Source of the DNA: the human T2T-CHM13v2.0 reference genome, Homo sapiens
NCBI RefSeq assembly: GCF_009914755.1
Contig: NC_060937.1
Direction: 5' to 3' (one strand)
DNA: 64,000 nucleotides
A program made the translations under genes and the position numbers. This document shows, in pieces, positions 43,851-57,615 of the stretch. The notes below the pieces were generated by a model, which did not search any database, was not told where the DNA came from, and saw only the letters and a program-made list of their open reading frames with translations. Every line of letters starts with the position of its first letter. Position 1 is the stretch's first letter.

Positions 43851-44959
43851 AAAGTATTTTGAGAAAGAAATCTAAAAGGGGAGCAGAGGCTTTTAAAATC
43901 TGGTTTTCATATTTCTAGATCCTAGTGAACAATAATGTCATTAGAAGAAAATATTCTATACTGTTAAAAGCTCAATTTGCTAAGTGTGTCACTAGTATAA
44001 GTTTTAGACTGGTGGCATGATTTTTCCATAAAAATTAACACATCCACTTATAATTTGAAATTAACTAAGGAAAACAGCTAAATATAACTGATAACTGAAG
44101 GTATGTGATTCTAGTTTCCCCAGTGGATTAAAACAATGGTGTTCCCTGGGAATCCCAAACTGCTGCATTACCGGGTGATTTACTGGGCGAAGAATTTCAT
44201 GTTCTAGAAACTACCATCAACAATTACCTATCAGCATCTGGGTATTACAAGGCCTTTTCTGTTTTTGATGAAAAGCTTTCCATCAGTAACTATTTAGTGA
44301 TCATTACTACATAATCAACACAACATTGTGATAAATCTGAGGATGCTACAAAAGGATTTTTAACCCTTGCTCTGGTAACAGCATTTTCCCCCCTAGAGAT
44401 TTAATGAGATTTCCATCACTTTTTAAAAGTGAACTACATTTGGAAAACATGAAAAGGAAAAGTAATGGGGAAAGTTTCAACCCTATATTCTATAAAAATG
44501 GAGAGCATTAAGAACTAATTTGAGGAAAACAGAATTGTGCTCTTTAAATCAGTGTCTTCAGAATGCATAAACTGAAAAAGTAAATGTTCAAATAAGTGTT
44601 ATAAAGACTGTGAAATCAATTTTAACTGATGATTTTAAAACGCAGGAAAAAAAGCAACATTTACCATTAATATTTACTACAACATTATCTGGCAGATGGT
44701 GTACGGGACAAACATTTTTGCTCTCATTAGGTGGTGGGGTAAAACCCAGAAAACTGGGTTCACTTCGCTGGAGTATGGGAGGAGCCTCTCTGTCATTAGG
44801 TCTTTTCTGGGGCAAGTGACAGCAACTCCCTCATCTACAGAAACTGGTGCCAATGCACTTCAGTCTTCAGCAGCTTTCCAGGTTCACAAAAGTCTGTGGG
44901 GTAGGGAGGGCTTCTAAGGACCACATGCAAAACAGGGAGCAGGGGCAGGCAAGAGCTTT

Positions 44960-45110
44960 CTCTTCCGGTAAAGTTTTCCTCTCTAGTTTTACAAGTGAAG
45001 AAATTCGGTCTCACGGAGGTTGAAGACATTGCCCATGGCCCCAGTGGAACATAGACCTGTAATCTAAACCTACGGGTAATTCCTAAGACTGAATCCACCT
45101 CCCCATGCTG
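44960..45110 (-). mobile_element. MIR
   Basis: ttttacaagtgaagaaattcggtctcacggaggttgaagacattgcccatggcc. Confidence 0.6.
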
Positions 45111-46139
45111 CCTGCATCAGCCCTGGAGAGGAAGAGAAAGACCTCCCGTCCTTATTGGTGAAATTTCCTCATGGAATTCATGTGCAATTAGTACGTGGAA
45201 ATACCAACTGAAGAGAATATAAAATAATGGGCACTGCTAGGATAGTTGTAAGCTACAACCCACTTCCCCAATATACCTTGCATATAATAAATTTAATGGC
45301 ATGATGCAGATGTCAGTTACCAACATCATAATGTCTATTTCTTATTTAGTTCCCGTGTGTTCTCAAGTCAGCCTTTAGAAAAATAAGGACAACAAAAATC
45401 CTTCCTCATTTAGGAATAGAATCCTGCATTTTGTGCAGTGGTCATGCTGTATGGGATATGTGTTTGAAAGAAATGAGAAAAGACGGTAGGATAAAATGGA
45501 AAAAAAAAAATCCGAAACCAAAAACCTCATTAGATTTGAAAGCGAGTACAATTAGCATTGTAAGCAGAAAAATCAGCTCACCACAAATGTAATTTCTTTT
45601 CTTCCTTTCCTTTCAAGCTAAAGACTCATAACTTTTTTTAAAAAAAGTTTTATTTTTGACCAATGATGAGTGCTCTTTGATAAAACCAATGTAATAAAGC
45701 GGAACTTTTGCAAATAGGACAATAAGTGAGAAGAAATGCAGTGTGGTTTTGTGAAAAGGATACATGCCTGAGTTCCGGTCTGGGTTGTGTTTTATATGAT
45801 CAGTTCACTCATTGTCTCTCTTCAGTTTCTGATTGAAGATGATGTTGATCATGCTTTTGCACAGTTCAGGTGTCTGTTATCTCCTCCAGCTGTACCAGAT
45901 TCCACCTGTTCTAAATTAGATGCCACTCTTCTGTGCTTCCAAAGCACTCTGAACTTTGTGCTTCTTTCTCTTACGAGGCGGCCATGGGCCCACCAAAGAT
46001 ATCATTTTTATCTTGTTCTTTTGTAGACAAGCACCTATCACAGTCCCCAGTACAAAGTAAGCACTTAATTAAAGCTCATTAGTAAAGCTCCAGTTGCTCC
46101 CCAAAGGCCTTACTGGGTCTCAGATTGAATATATCTACG

Positions 46140-46426
46140 GGCCACATGCAGTGGCTCACGCTTGTAATCACAGCACTTTAGGAGGCCAAGACCGAAGGGT
46201 TGCTCGAGCTCAGGAGTTTGAGACCAGCCTGGGCAACACAGAGAGACCTTGTCTCTACTAAAAATAAAAAATAAAAATAAATAAGCTGGGTGTGGTGGTG
46301 CACACCTGTAGTCTTAGCCATGCCAAAGACTGAGGAAGAAGGATCACTTGAGCCCAGAAAATCGAGGCTGCACTGAGCTATGATTGCATCACTGCATTCC
46401 AGCCTGGGCGACAGAGTGAAAAAAAA
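46140..46426 (+). mobile_element. AluJ
   Basis: ggatcacttgagcccag...gagctatgattgc J diagnostics. Confidence 0.92.
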
Positions 46427-47165
46427 TCTATGAATTAATTACCCCGTGACTAAAACTTAAACGGTAAATATATTAACTTATTATAACATATAAAAATGAA
46501 AGTTGAAAGTTTCCAGTGCCTCATTCTTTTGTTAAAGAATTTAAATTTATCAATTGATATTTAATTCCTCCCACTACAGAACTTTAAGTGACTAGTTTCC
46601 ATGTATTACAAGATGATTTTTACAAGAAGAGATGAAAGACACACTTCCAAGGGGCTAAAAATCAAATGTATGAGTCATATTTTGTATTTTTGCTAATTTG
46701 AAATACATTTTTTATAACTAGAAAATTTATAATTAGCATCTCTCAATATGTCACAGTAATAGGAAGTTAAAAAATAACACTCTTTCTGGTTCCAAAACTT
46801 AGTCTTCATGTCTATCAAGTTTTTCAAAGTTAGTTAGGATTCTGCATTTTTTTCTGTCAATCGGGGTGTAATACATGGCATGAAGGTTATAAATCCTGTA
46901 ACTAGATACAATGATAAATGCATGTACCCCATTCTTGTTAATTTTCCATTCCACAATAAAAAACCCCTGCTAACTCTGATCCTTTCAGTGTGGGGATTAC
47001 CTGTACCAGCAACCCACAAACTCTGCTGCTGCTTCCTGCGCAGTGAACTCTACAACTGCCTTTCTCCTCCCTTTGGCTTATCTTGCTCTGCTCCTTCATG
47101 TTAATTCCATTCTTCTAGAACTTCTGCATTGGCATTCTTATTTGGCATTCTTATTTACACTAAAG

Positions 47166-47305
47166 GAGTAGTTATTAATGGCAGGTAATGTGTCCCCCAG
47201 GGGACACTGAGCAACATCTGAAGACATTTTTGATTGAAGCAGTGACAAGACAGTTCCCATGACAAAGACAAAAGACCAAGAGTGTCGAAGTTTAAAGAAA
47301 CCCTG
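47166..47305 (+). mobile_element. MER20 with internal deletion
   Basis: tcccccaggggacactgagcaacatctgaagacatttttgattg...agaaaccctg. Confidence 0.7.
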
Positions 47306-47979
47306 GATTAAGCTATCATCTTTTTCCTACTTTTTCCCCTAACATCTTATATATTACTTTTTTTTAATTTGTGGAATTATTCCGTTTTCCTCATTTTTCC
47401 TTCTCTAACTCTTCCATATGTGTTAATCATGTAAATATATCTACAGAGTCCAAACATATATACATGCACCTCCGTGGGTATGTGAATACGGCTTAGGTAC
47501 TGGTATGAATGCTGATGGGCATGTGTGTATTCTTGTGACATCTTAGCATGTAGTGCACTTAAAAGTCATGCAAGGAGTGTGTGTGACAGAATATGTAGAA
47601 AAATTAACTTGAAGTGTTTATTACCTATATATACAAATGTGTGTGTCTACGTGTTCCTAGCCCTTCATATTATAAGTATTAATTGAATAGTTTTCATAGA
47701 TTTGCTTAAGTGTACAAACAGAAGAGTGCAGATATAGTTGGGTTTTTTTTTTTTTTGAAAAATCAAAGGGTATTGAGGTTAAGTTAAAAACCTTAACACA
47801 TAAATGCAGTTGTGATCTCTAAATTCACTAAGCATCTGTCTTTCCAGTAAGGATTCCAGACATCAGCCCATGTGATGCTACTGTTAGCTAAATCTAGGCC
47901 CCAAACTTGAATTAGTTTTACAACATGTAAAGGGGAAAAGACATGTCTAAAAATTATAAACCTGCTGCACATACATTAC

Positions 47980-48170
47980 AGTGTATTGTTTATTCCTCAC
48001 AACATCTCAATATAAAAAACTATCATGAATCACATTTTACAGATAGGAAACAGACGTGGAGAGGTTAAGAAATGTGCCAATGGTTCTAAGGCATTAAGTG
48101 ACAATGTCAAGATACAATCTTTAGTGATCTCTGGCAATAAAATCCATGGCCTCAACTATTAATGCAATAC
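47980..48170 (-). mobile_element. MIR
   Basis: cattttacagataggaaacagacgtggagaggttaag. Confidence 0.65.
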
Positions 48171-48994
48171 TAACTCCCACATCTGAATCTTTAATGTATG
48201 CCCACAGCAGATCAGGAAAGACTGAAATCACTGTAATCAATTCTATAAAACATTTGTCTCTTATTTTGTGCAATTTTAAGACGACTATGTTTCGTGAAGA
48301 AAAAAGAGTCAAAAGGTTAAGTAAAAACTTTCACAGATTTCAACAACATATCTTAGCAGAATTATTTTTTCCTTTATTGGTTTTCCTTATAAAATCTCTA
48401 AGAAAACAACAACTGTACGTTATTCAATTATTTATTACTGAATAAATAAGAAAAAGAAAAGAGTCAGGCACATTAATCACTTCTTTGATCCAAACAGAAT
48501 TCTGGTTCCCATGAGATAAAGTTACTCTGTGTTTTTGGTTTTAAATAATTCCTGTGATAAAATCCCAAATTAATTATTAAGTAAATTAGCAAACTCACAT
48601 TATATGATTCATTTTCTTCTTAGCATCAGAACTTTCAGTCACAGTTAAGATAGCCAACATTCAATTATCTACTCATAGACAGGATCACAGTACAAGTAAT
48701 CCCAAGTGACAGATAATCCAAAAAGGCATTTATGTTGGGTTTAAAATTCATTATATGATTCCAGCAGATTTACCACCATAATTATATTTATTAGACTCAT
48801 ATTAAAATTCATTTGTATTTCTTAAACACATGCCAACTGAGGGAGGATCTCAGAAACATGCTGGATCAAGAAAGGAAGCTGATTTGCTATTAGCAATTTT
48901 CCTGTGAATAACTGACAAGAAGTCATGGGGATAGTAAAACTAAATTTCATATTTATTAAGAGTCTTATGTGATAAATTAGAGATTATATTATAG

Positions 48995-49215
48995 CAGTAT
49001 TGTAGAGGTGTTACGGCATGGGCTGTGGATTCCAACAGACAGGTTTGTGTACTGGTTCTGCTCTTGTTCCGTGACCATAAGCAAATTTCTTATCCTTCTA
49101 AACTTCAGTTATTTACTTACAACAGTGCTAATATTAGCACTCCCTACATATTAAGGGAGTTCTAAAAATCCAATTATTAAATGCACACTGCTTGACACAA
49201 AATAGTTAAAATTAG
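48995..49215 (+). mobile_element. MIR
   Basis: ggctgtggattccaacagac...gtgaccataagcaaatt...cttcagttattt. Confidence 0.6.
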
Positions 49216-51621
49216 TTGTGGTTGTTATTTTTTGTTTCAGTTATTATTTTATCTATTTTACTGTAGTGCTAAAACTAGAATATCCGATAGTTTGTATTAT
49301 TCCTGCCTCCCATAAAATGATGCCATCTTTGATTATTCAATAAATTACATAGTATACTGTAGGGTCAAATATTAGAATATGTTCATCTGGTGCAGACAGG
49401 CAAATACTAGAGATGCACAGTTTTCTAGTTTTAAACTTCTGGGGCCATACATATTCAGGAATTCAAACTTTTGGTAGGTTTTTTAGAAGGTAATAGCACC
49501 CCGCCAGGAGGGCTTGGGGTGGAACTGGATACTCCAACACATTAATATCTCTGCAGTAAAACACATGAACATTTACACTGAGTGTTATAAAGACTATAAA
49601 TACTTGTATGTCAGTTTAGTACAGTTTTTAATTCTAAATAAGTATTTTTTCAGAATTTTTAAGGATTTTAGATTATAGATAAGAAGTTGTGGAAATGGAT
49701 TAAATAGAATGATACAACTAACCTTGATTCTACAGTTTTCCATTAATAATATACTACATGTCATAACATTATAGGGTAAGATAACTGGGGAGTTAAAAAT
49801 TCCTCTTGGTTTACATAAAATATCCCTGAATAATTTGTAGTAAATGGAATTCTAAATAGCAATTCAAGTTTAAGTAATTACTCCCTAATTTTTAAAAGGG
49901 TATGGCAGATATCCTGATTTGTATAAAGTGACATACAGATAGCATTACCCATTTTATACTTGGTTTCAATTAGGAATTAATTTCTCTCATAGTTGTACTT
50001 TACCAGTGAGTGGGATTAAATTATTAGATTTAAGGATTTAACAAACTATTAAATTCCTCAGTGCTGATCAGTAGATGAAGCAGAACATAAGCAATATGAT
50101 TGGAAATGGAGCTGAGTTCTCTAGGGAAAAAACACTGGTCTATATCTATTATCTTCCCACAGATACACAACAATTATATCAGATTGTAAATAGTCCCCAG
50201 TATGAGGTAGAAAAAAATCTGATGCATATTTATAAAAGACTGAAGGAAATCGTTTATATCATTCACTGATCAGAGTAAGGAAAATATTATTGACTATAAA
50301 TCCAAAATATTCAATCCAAAAGATTTTAAATTACAAAGGAGTTCAAAAGTTAGTCTAACTGCCTGGGTAAAATGTGCTGAAAGTTCTGTTCAACAGAAAC
50401 ATCAATCAACACAAAATTCATCATTCAGGAAGTGCTAAATTTTCATTAATCACTGACATGAGAAGATCACAGTAGAATGAAGGAATATATATGCGATAAA
50501 AGTGGTACATAAAAGACCATAAAAATAAGAATTTTGAAGAGGACTTAATGTTGTCAAGTCTGAATAAGGTTAGAGTAATAGTTTTCAATCCAATATAAAA
50601 TTAAGGAGTAAATAACAAGTAAACAGGTTTAAAAGCTTCAATTGTCCAAGTACAGGTATAAGGAAGTCTGACAGAAAATATATGATGAAAGACATATACA
50701 GTTATATAATAAAAACAACAAATAAAAAATCAAGGCCCCTTCCACTAAACAAAAAAGGAGTCTATAATAAGTCAAATGTTAAGGTTAACTTGATTGCCTA
50801 AATTCCAGACATAACTTTGTGCTTTCTGTTAGGATAAAAAGAAATAACATGAGTAGCTCTATAATCACATTATCTCAGTAGTGAGCTGTATACATTTCTT
50901 ACCATTGTTTCAAAAACCACATTAAACTGCAAATCTTTTTCATGAGGAGCTTTATGAAAGGGACCCAAAGTGATGACATGCAAAATAATCTGGACAATTT
51001 ATAGCACGTAAAATGTGGAAAAAGAAAAGCCCAAATTTCATTTCAGCCAAGGCAGAGTAGTTTGTATTAAATCAACTCTCATATTAGAAACAGTAACAAA
51101 ACTAGATTAAATTTGTAAAAGTGCATTTTAAGACACTGGAGAGCAACTAAAACAATCAGAACTTTAAGGTCCAAGATCCAAGAAGGAAAGAAACACAAGA
51201 AAAGGAACTATCAATGTATATCATTTTTTCCTTGAGGCATAATCACAACGTCTGCTATTCACTTAAATTACAAAATATTTCAGAATACTATCCCAAATTA
51301 CTTAAAACTAAAAGTAGAGGAATAGATAAGAACAAACTAAAAGGAGAGAAATAGATAAGAAAAATAAGAACAAATTAAAAATTTTTAGAGTTATCCAACA
51401 TGTACTTTAAAATAACAATCATAAAATGCTTAACAGATAAGAAAATTGTACTCCAAAACTGCAGTCTACAAAACCAAACAAAAACCTAGTCAAATATAGA
51501 TTCCAAAAGCGAAAAATACAGTATTTGAATTGAAAACCTGACACTTGTGTTTGACAGCAGAAGGACATAGAAATGATTAATGAACTGAAAAATGAATGAG
51601 CAAAAATGAGAATGTAGTTCA

Positions 51622-52149
<528 letters not shown>

Positions 52150-53062
52150 TCAAAAGTAGTCAGTGAAAAGATGACCTCCCAAAGAGTAACTATTTGAAGA
52201 GTTACTTCTCAACAAAATGACAGAACCAGAAGACAACAGGATAGGTTTACATTCTGAAATAAAAAAAAATAAAACAATTGACAACTTTGATACTTTTCTA
52301 TCAAAAATGAAGACAAAATACAAACATTTTAAATAAAAACAGAGCATTCATGGCTAACAGACCATGTAAAAAGAAGTACTAAAAAATTTCTTCAGGCCCA
52401 AGGAAAATCATCCCTAATATAGAAATATGGAAATACAAGAAAGAAAAAAGAGCAAAGGAAAAGGTAAATATGTACATAAATCTAACTGAGTAATGAAGAC
52501 ATCTTGCTAGGCTAATAATATACTGTCTTAACAATAATTATATTTTGAGGTTTAAAATGTGGGGCAAAAAGCGGGGGGGGAATTTATAGAGTTAAAATGT
52601 CCCAAGATCTCTGCATTGTCTAGAAATTAAGTAAAAGGATTAAACTATGGTGAGCATGAAAATGCCACAGGGGCAATGTAATTTATAGGATAAACCACTG
52701 AAAATAATATTTACACTAAAGAGAAGGTAGGGAAAGGAAATTTTAAAATATCAGGAAAAAGGGAATAAAAAGCATACAGTGTGATGGTATAATGTACAGT
52801 ACTACATTCTGCAATTAAGTAGTCTAGTTTTTATGGTTTTAAAATTATAGCTTCGATTTTTAAGAAAAACTTAAATGTAGTAACTCTTAAATGTAAGAAA
52901 ATAAAAGTTGAAAGTAAATGAATGAAAAAAACACTAGGCAAATACAAAGCAAAAGAAGGTTGGTACAGTTATAGTCATACTAGGGAAAAAAGATGGTAAG
53001 CTAGAATAATTACTAGAAACTAAAAAGGACAGTTTACTGACAAAAGAACCACTCCAACAGGA

Positions 53063-53143
53063 ATATATACATACATACATACATATATACGTGTGTGTGT
53101 ATATATATATATATACACACATACATATGACATATATATGTCA
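53063..53143. repeat. Compound (TACA)/(TG)/(TA) microsatellite
   Basis: Direct reading. Confidence 0.85.
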
Positions 53144-53468
53144 ATTTATAAAAATAGTCTTAAAAAGCAAAGGCATAAAGAACTAAAATGAGTAATAGAC
53201 AAGCCTACAAATATAGTGTGAGATTTTAGCATAACTCACTCAGTAACAGATAGACAAAGAGAAAAAGTTAGCAGGGCTATAGAAGACAGGGGGAAAAAAA
53301 AAATTAACAAACTTATCTTACTTATTTAGAACAACGTACCTGATATCTATCCAATACACAGTGTTTTTCAAGTACTTATGAACTATTTACCACAATGCGA
53401 CCCCACAGTGGGCTACAAAGCAAGTCTTAACAAATCTAAAGGGATACAATCATTCAGCACGCCCTCTA

Positions 53469-54378
<910 letters not shown>

Positions 54379-55324
54379 TAAAAACAATAAGATTGTTATA
54401 AAAAGGTTTATTCCGATAAATTTTTAAATTCTAAAAAACAGAACTGTTTAATAAGTTTGCTTCAAGAATTGTTTCAAACACTTATCAAATAAATCACCCA
54501 AATCTGACACAAACTCTTCCACGGAACAAAAAAAGAAGAAACACATAGTGAATGGTTTTATGAAGCTGGCATACTTGTTATCAAAACCTGCCTAAATTTA
54601 CAAATTGGCAAAACAAATCCATATTTTTTAAAGTCATATTTTTTAAAGGATAATCATTACTCTTGAAAATGGGTAGTGACTAGGATGAGACATCAATGGG
54701 CATATAAATTATTATTTCTTTATCTGATTGTTAGTTACATATATCTGTGTTTACTTTGTGAAAAATTTGCAAACTGTACTTATAATTTGTACATCTCTCC
54801 ATGTGTTATACAATTTTAAAAAAACTTACAGAAACAAAAAAGTCCTTAATTTAGACCTTTCTGCAGGTAAACTTTAATTCATTAAACATTATGTATGTAT
54901 TTTGTGAAGAATAAAGCTATTATATAGATGCACCATTATTCAGAGTAAGTTTTCTCTTTTGTTCATCAAAAACAACTATAAGAAAAAGAGAAATATCTTG
55001 CTAAAATCATGCCAAATTATACTGATGGTACTTTTTCAATGTCCACAAACTAAAAAATACATTTGTTGTGATTTCTTCTCAGGAAACACATGTAAGTTTA
55101 TATGATTGTTAGTATTATTTTCCTACCTACCTGAACTATTGCATTTAATAATACATTGTAAATTCCAACAAGTATAGCAATATATATTTTTCAGGGTTTA
55201 ATTTTACATTTTCAAAATTGTAGACATATCTGGCCCAGTCCCCTTATCTTTGATTTCTCCTAGATTTTCTATAATTATTCTGCAAGTACATAGATAAATT
55301 ATATCTATATCCATATCTATAACA

Positions 55325-55363
55325 GTTATATGCTGAGTATATGTAATATACTCAGCATATAAC
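55325..55363. repeat. Perfect 18-bp inverted repeat with 3-nt loop
   Basis: gttatatgctgagtatat-gta-atatactcagcatataac. Confidence 0.97.
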
Positions 55364-55859
55364 ATAGTTCCTGGTAACTTGTAATTACTCTTTAATAGTT
55401 GTTAAATGAAGAAATGGACTCAATGACAAAGTGATAAATCAGATGGTCTCTGATCAATTTCTCTTCTATTGAAGGCTTTAATTTCCTCTTAAGTAAATTT
55501 GTTTCCCTTTCTAAATGTTAAGAGGTTGCTTTCTCCTTTGACAAAACAAGTACTGAACAGTTCTGTGGCCCTGGCTAACTTGTCCTTGTAGTTCAAAATC
55601 AGAAGGCTCCGAGTAGAGCCACGCTGATTCCTTCTCGACATGGTTTTCATGTCTAGCTTGTTTATACGATGTACGATTACCCAGTTAGAACATTCTTTGA
55701 ATCTCTCATTTATGTTGAACTAAAAGAACTTTTCTGCCATTTAAGGCATTGTAAGTCAGCTTTCCTAAGGTTCACCTCTCCATTCTATATCTAACATTGC
55801 TTTTCTTACTTTTACAAGCTCCAATATAAATTCTCATTTTCCCCAGGTTGCCATCACTG

Positions 55860-55867
55860 TGACGTCA
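55860..55867. promoter_or_regulatory. Full palindromic CRE
   Basis: TGACGTCA. Motif only. Confidence 0.35.
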
Positions 55868-57289
55868 TCAAGCAGTTCTTCCTTCTTATTCAGAACATAA
55901 TCAGAGCACAGCGTCAGTTTTCCCTGATTGCTTCATTTCTCATTTGGCAAACACAACAAAACCAAACCTGTCAGCAAGTTGAAGATTTACCAGATGCCCA
56001 TATACTATGCTGCAATAACATTTTACTTATATGATTTGGGCAATGTACACAGTATCTAACTGATTTTAACAGTAACATTTAAAAATACATGCCAACACAA
56101 CTTTGGTTGGTTTCTATGGTTAGCACTTTTCAAACATTTCCTTCTTTGAAGTCCATGCCTTGGTATTTATTCTGACATAGAGATAAAAAAATCTTAAAAG
56201 TACTTAAAGGTAACTGCCAGACGGATGTGCATGTGTGTGTGTTTACATGGCTGTTTTAAATACATTCTTAAAGCAATACTTGTGTCCTCACGCCTAGACA
56301 GTCATTCAGCTTTATGATATCCATAATGCTAGAACATTTGCCTTCAGAGACCTGATGAGGCTGAAGTCAAGAGAAACGGAAGGTTAAAGTGGAAACTGGG
56401 GTGGAGGGATAATCACTGAGAACAAACTCAAATTAGCTACAATAAAGATTTCCCTCTAAGCCTTGTCATCTCTTTTGTCTTTCAAATATATTTCTTTCTT
56501 CTCTGGACCAGCCAGGGGCCTTCTACTCTCCAGATTTCTTTTTAATCCCTTGTTGACTTCCTTGGACTTTTTTTCTGGTCACCAGATAGTTTCTTTGGGG
56601 AAACTGGGATCAGTGGGGGGCAGGAATCAAATTTAACATTTTTACTTATGCAACATATAAATAAGTACAAAGTATGAGATATGACTGATTAGTTGTTGCC
56701 TGTCATCCATTGCCACTGCTTTCTAATCATCTCCCTGAAGCATCAAGCTCCTCAACATTAAGGTTCTGTATTCTGCCAGTGAGATGTTCTCATTTAAGAG
56801 TCAGAAGGAGGAAATGAGAGGGAGGTCATCTTGCTGGTTTGGTTGCCAGCAACAACATTCAACGTTGCAGAGTCGAGTTACTAGTCTGCGGGGGAGGCAG
56901 TTGTGTCAGCTGTAGTACTCGCAACAGCAGCAGCAGCTTCTCTGTCTCTGCTTCACAGCTATGGTGGCGTGTCCTGAAATCAATGGTGGGGAGGCAGACC
57001 TGACTTCCATCCCTCCTTCTCTTCAATGAATAAGCGAGCATTCGCTATACTAAATTCCTGTTCTCCTGAAATACTTAGAGTGGTTCGTGTTTCCTGTACC
57101 ATACACTAACTGACAATTGTTAAGAGACTGGAAAAGAGAATATGAAAGAGAAAAAGGAATGTAAACTGAGCGGGGAGAAAATGCAGGATAAGTCATCACC
57201 AGGAATGCACATTCTAAGTTCCTGAACACAGTACAAACGGAGTCCAGTCCCACTCCACTTGCCTCCAAAGTGTACATAGTTTCCCCATG

Positions 57290-57615
57290 TTCCTGACACC
57301 TCTGGGCCCTTCACACATTCGCTATCTCTGAACACAATTTTCTCCCAACCACTTTTCCTTCACACCCAACTATTTCCTAATTCCTAACACATCTTTAGGA
57401 CACAGTTCAGACATTCCCTGTCTTCCATGACGCATCCTGATGCTCACTCTAGGCTGGTTAGCTTTCCTCCAGAATCCCATAATACATTTTATCCATCCAA
57501 ATTTTTCCACTTCCCATGCTGTATTAAAGTTATCTGCCTGCAGATATCTCTCTTATAAGACGGCGAGCTCCTTGTAGTTTCGAATGACATTCAATAAATC
57601 TTGCCAAATGAATAA
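57290..57615 (+). mobile_element. L2 3' end
   Basis: cctctgggcccttcacacattcgct...agacggcgagctccttg...ttcaataaatcttgccaaatgaat. Confidence 0.6.

Noticed and set aside
47129-47154. 13-bp tandem duplication ttggcattcttat
   Set aside because: Ordinary small slippage duplication.
53128-53143. 16-bp palindrome tgacatatatatgtca
   Set aside because: Largely explained by the TA microsatellite core.
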